64,000 nt of DNA from Chiloscyllium plagiosum (taxonomy: Eukaryota), in contig NC_057746.1 in assembly GCF_004010195.1 (NCBI RefSeq), positions 26,742,070-26,806,069 of the forward strand, read 5' to 3'. This document shows positions 60,128-64,000 of the stretch, in pieces. A program made the position numbers and the translations under genes. Numbering within the stretch: position 1 is the first letter of the stretch; the number at the start of each line of letters is the position of its first letter. The notes below the pieces were generated by a model. It did not search any database. It saw only the letters and a list, made by a program, of their open reading frames with translations, and was not told the origin of the DNA.

Positions 60128-62540
60128 ATGTTCTCAGACAGAGGTCCTCTGCCTGACAACAACAATGGGATTGGTTGTCAGGTAATTGAACAACTTGAAG
60201 CAGATTTCTTTTAAAACCTTCAAGTAGTGTGATGACTCTCAGAATAGCAGCTCATGATTTCGAACCGTTGCTGGTGTTTTTGAATCTGTAGTCTGTACTG
60301 TTTGTCCTGTTCGGGTCCGAACTCTGCTGGTTTAAAGGTGGTCCGGAGTCCATGTGGGATGAGTTGGTTACGGAGGCATGCACTGAGGAAGCAAATGTGG
60401 CTGTGGTACCGAGTTTGTTTCAGGACATAGTTGAAGAGCTTCAGGGCAGAGGAAATGACCTGGGAGTTGCAGTGGGAGAGGGACTCCCTGAGATTCTTGT
60501 AGAGAGAGGAAGAAAACTTCGTCAAGGCAGGCATCCTTGCAAGAGGAATCGCAGTAGGTTTAAAATCAACGAGATAAAAACAATGACTGCAGATGCTGGA
60601 AACCAGATTCTGGATCAGTGGTGCTGGAAGAGCACAGCAGTTCAGGCAGCATCCGAGAAGCAGTAAAATCAACATTTCGGGCAAAAGCCCTTCATCAGGA
60701 ATATCTGATGAAGGACTTTTGCCCGAAACGTCGATTTTGCTGCTCGTCGGATGCTGCCTGAATTACTGTGCTCTTCCAGCACCACTGATCCAGATTCTCA
60801 ATTTCTTTAGTCATTCAGCATTTCCTACACCTACCAGACGTTCCTTTCACCCCAACCGGAATATACTGTCTCTGGACTCTCGTTTTCTCATGTCTGAAGG
60901 CTTTCCATTTTCCAACCATCCCTTTATGTGTGAACATTTGCCCAAATCAGCTTTTGAATGTTTTTGCCTAACCTCCTTCTCCAAGTTTCACCTGCCAGTA
61001 GGAACATCCTCTCTACGTCTATCATATCTACTCCCTTCATAATTTTATATGTTTCTATAAGATTTTTCTAAAAACCAATGAATATAATCCCGGTTGCAGG
61101 GAATTGCTTGCAATTGTTTATAGTATATCAGATAACCTTCTTGTTGTCGTGGGAAATAAAGAAGGGAAATGTATATATTTATGTAAGGATGCATAAATGT
61201 TCGGTCACAATTACTAAGGAGGTTAAGGTAGGTGAGGAACTTAACAAGCATTTAACCACGAGGCAAGTGATACTGACCAAAATGATGTAGCTCCATGTTG
61301 ATTTGTGATAGAGATCATTCTAACATCTTAAAAAAGGTCGACTTTGACATGGTAGATGCATTGATTTCAATTTCAAGTTCGTTAGAGTTTGGAAAATTGA
61401 TGAAAATAGGTCGAATCGTGTTAGGAAAAAGATCAAAAGTTCTCAAGAATAGACAGGGTGGGAAATGTGGTATTCACTTCAGCATTGGTTTGATTGATTG
61501 TCAGAGCAGACTCGAAAGGGCTTTTAACCCCTTTTAATTCTTATGTTGTTGTCTTCATATTCTTGCCTCAGCACAACTCGGGAATCAAATGCAAAACAAA
61601 AACAAGCAAGACATTGTATTTTGTACAATAGCCTCATGTTAATGTGTTGCACAAGAATGTAAATTTGCAGCTTTGGCCACACCACAGAAGCAAATTCAAA
61701 CGTAATCAGAAGATATGTGCAACTAAGATGACACTGATTTTACATTTTTTTCTCAACCACTTAGCTTTTTCTTGTTCCAAATTAAACACTAAGATATTTC
61801 CTCTTGAAACCACAGAGTTTGAGTCTTTACACTATTACTTACCACTAAAACTGATTCAGTTAAAGAACCATATATGTCATCATATTCTTTACAAGTACAA
61901 TATTACAATATGTTTCATGTAAATATCAGCTATGTTTTGCTGAGAATCGACTTAGCTTACTGATTGCTCATATTTTGCATTGTCTAACAAAGTTCCCTCC
62001 ACACCTCAACATTGAAGATGTATGTCGACGGTTTCCTCTACAAAACTTAACATGATAGGCGAGAGAGCAGAATTGCCAAAATTGGTCAATGAGAATCCTG
62101 CTAATGCAATGGATTAGATCATAAAACATAGTGGGAAATATGGAAAATAATCACTTTAAAGCATGTATTTACTTTCCAATGTGCTGTTGAATCGTGCTAT
62201 GGGGTAACCATAGAAGGATTTTGTTTCTGTTTTGTACGTGACATCTGAATCTCTGATGTTCACAGTGAAAGTAAAACGTGGAAAAACATTTCATAGCCCA
62301 GCTGCAATTGTTGAAATGAGCAAAGAACGAAAAGGGACAATAAAAATGCAAAATACATCCATGAAACCAGAATGTTTCCCAGTAAAGCAAACTCCTTCGT
62401 TATGCTGCACAGTAGAACAACAATTCGAAATCAGGAGATCAAACACAATTCTCAGCAAATCATATTAGATCAATTTCAATTGAATACTCATGAAGGATAA
62501 AAAGCATTCGTTAACATTTACAAATGCTTCACTTACGCGT

Positions 62541-62641
62541 TCAGGGTTGGTTTTCTGATATTTGTGCAATCGATATTACATAGCACTTGTCATCACTCAT
62601 CCTACTCCTGACTTTCCTTGAAAAAACATGACAGTGTAAAA
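62541..62641 (-). CDS. Gene B candidate short cytoplasmic exon (FLHCHVFSRKVRSRMSDDKCYVISIAQISENQP*)
   Basis: ttttgttcag acceptor, phase-1 frame open with basic stop-transfer residues; a GTAAGT donor lies 4 nt after the stop. Confidence 0.5.
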
Positions 62642-63043
62642 CTGAACAAAATTGAACAGAAAATTGGTTTTGTCATTCCATGAGACAATAGGTCAAACTT
62701 AAAGTGAGTATGTGAGGCATGGAAAATTCATCAGACTTGCATCTTTCAATGAATGTATTTAATTACTTCAATAACACAAACTCTTATATTTTAATGGCCA
62801 TAGATATAAATTTGCATTGAGAAAACGAAGGACATACAAGCTGTGTTAGTACACACTGCACATTTTTGTTTCCATTTACCAACTAGAATTATTTCATTCA
62901 TATTTTGATTTTATATTCCAAATGCCAATAAAATTATCTGGTATCCCAATCGATATAGATTATCCATTATTCCTGGGCTCTTGGGTAGTTGATCAACTTT
63001 TCTCACTCTGCAGCAAATTCAATTGGAAATCTTCAAGACTCAC

Positions 63044-63160
63044 AGAAATACACGAAAGAAATTGTGAGAATGATGATGACAGAAAACACAGAAAGTTTCA
63101 ATCCAACCAGAATCATCTGCCAAAGTAGAGACCTTCCGCTGCTCACAAGTGGCTGGCTGC
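63044..63160 (-). CDS. Gene B transmembrane exon with intramembrane Lys (RSQPLVSSGRSLLWQMILVGLKLSVFSVIIILTISFVYF)
   Basis: Acceptor tttttgttttccgtag, phase 1, hydrophobic helix with a central K, donor T|GTGAGT. Confidence 0.85.
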
Positions 63161-63870
63161 CTACGGAAAACAAAAAGATTCGAATTCAGCATTTGCTTCC
63201 CATAGTTCACTGTTACAGTTCAGTGCAGTGCTCACTCGGCTTGCTGCCAATTCCTTTTCACATTCCGTCTAGTTTGGTCTCGAATCCTCACATTTGCTTT
63301 CGTTTTGGTTGTCAATAATGGACTCTTTCCCCCCACCCCACCCCACCCCCCCCCCCTCCCCCATTGCCCTCGCCTCGCGCCACCACCACGAAGATTTCTC
63401 TTGTGGCAAGTTGAAAGTGTTCCCATTTCTTGGTAAAAAGGTCGAGATTCAATGCCTACCTGTCCCGGAGACGTGTAGTGACATGGTCAGTTAGGTTAAT
63501 TAAACTAACTACATGATATTGGAAGGAAATTTGTTGTATTTATTATCTAACATGTCGGCTGAGCACCTATTGCATTGAATATGTGACAGTTGCGTGCCTC
63601 ATGTCATACAGATCTTCATTCATCTGTTTGAAGTTATGATGTTGAACAAAAAATTATTCTATGAAATGCAACAGTTTGCAATATATATTGCAAGAGCTTT
63701 CTAATGTGTGAATATGGGCCACTATAACAATGAATTATCTTTATCTATCTAACTATATAGCCATCTAATACATCCAGCTCAATTTCTATCTCATCGTCCC
63801 AACTCTAGCCATTGCCACGCCCTCGCTCTTCACACGCATTATTGCTCTCATTCTCGCCATGTAAACTTAC

Positions 63871-64000
63871 GTTTAACTGTTAACACTGTTCCTGGTCCAA
63901 ACTCTTCCTCAAAGAACAATATTACCTGACAGTAATATGTGCCCGAATCATCCTGTTTCAGATTCGTAATTGCGATGGAAGCATTTCGATTGGTTTTGAA
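63871..64000 (-). CDS. Gene B IgV exon, 3' part (FKTNRNASIAITNLKQDDSGTYYCQVILFFEEEFGPGTVLTVK); continues beyond the window
   Basis: Minus-strand translation shows ASIAI, DSGTYYC and FGPGT-x-L-T-V; phase-1 donor C|GTAAGT; colinear with the gene A V domain. Confidence 0.92.

Larger units (their letters stand above)
59159..60795 (-). mobile_element. Internally deleted Neptune-like PLE composite: two direct hammerhead-bearing termini plus one inverted 5' copy
   Basis: 14-bp TSD tctcaatttcttta (59145-59158, 60796-60809); termini 59159-59290 and ~60570-60700; inverted copy 60705-60795; ORF N-terminus HICFLSACLRNQLIPHGL and pre-RT DLYTAEAKCQFEDTSSYCPLDHDPT. Confidence 0.85.
57198..61030 (-). mobile_element. 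CR1 LINE (long ORF2 remnant) split by the PLE composite at 59159-60795
   Basis: KSPGPDQV, MDFSKAFDKV, FTQRVV; CR1 sequence resumes at 60810 after the TSD. Confidence 0.9.

Overview
AT-rich, repeat-dense vertebrate genomic DNA. The SINE/LINE repertoire points to a cartilaginous fish, probably a shark (inference). The window holds part of a cluster of single VJ-type Ig-domain receptor genes resembling NKp30/NCR3. Gene A (+, about 6435-26154) has a leader, an IgV exon, an uncharged TM exon and several small cytoplasmic exons; my exon chain gives about 241 aa, and the tail exons are less certain. Gene B (-, convergent, runs off the right end) has an IgV exon ending FGPGT and a TM containing Lys. 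A probable decayed third V exon lies at about 28.8 kb (-). The rest is mostly transposons: many CR1 LINE fragments, tRNA-derived SINEs, a decayed Gmr1-type Gypsy element with both LTRs and a 5-bp TSD, a related solo LTR, a Tc1/pogo MITE, and about a dozen Penelope-like element (PLE) derivatives. Most PLE derivatives carry minimal hammerhead-ribozyme cores (CUGANGA..GAAACGUC), often as short palindromes with 11-15 bp TSDs. One is a composite with direct-repeat ribozyme termini (retrozyme-like). All calls were made by eye with no database search, and repeat boundaries without a TSD are approximate.
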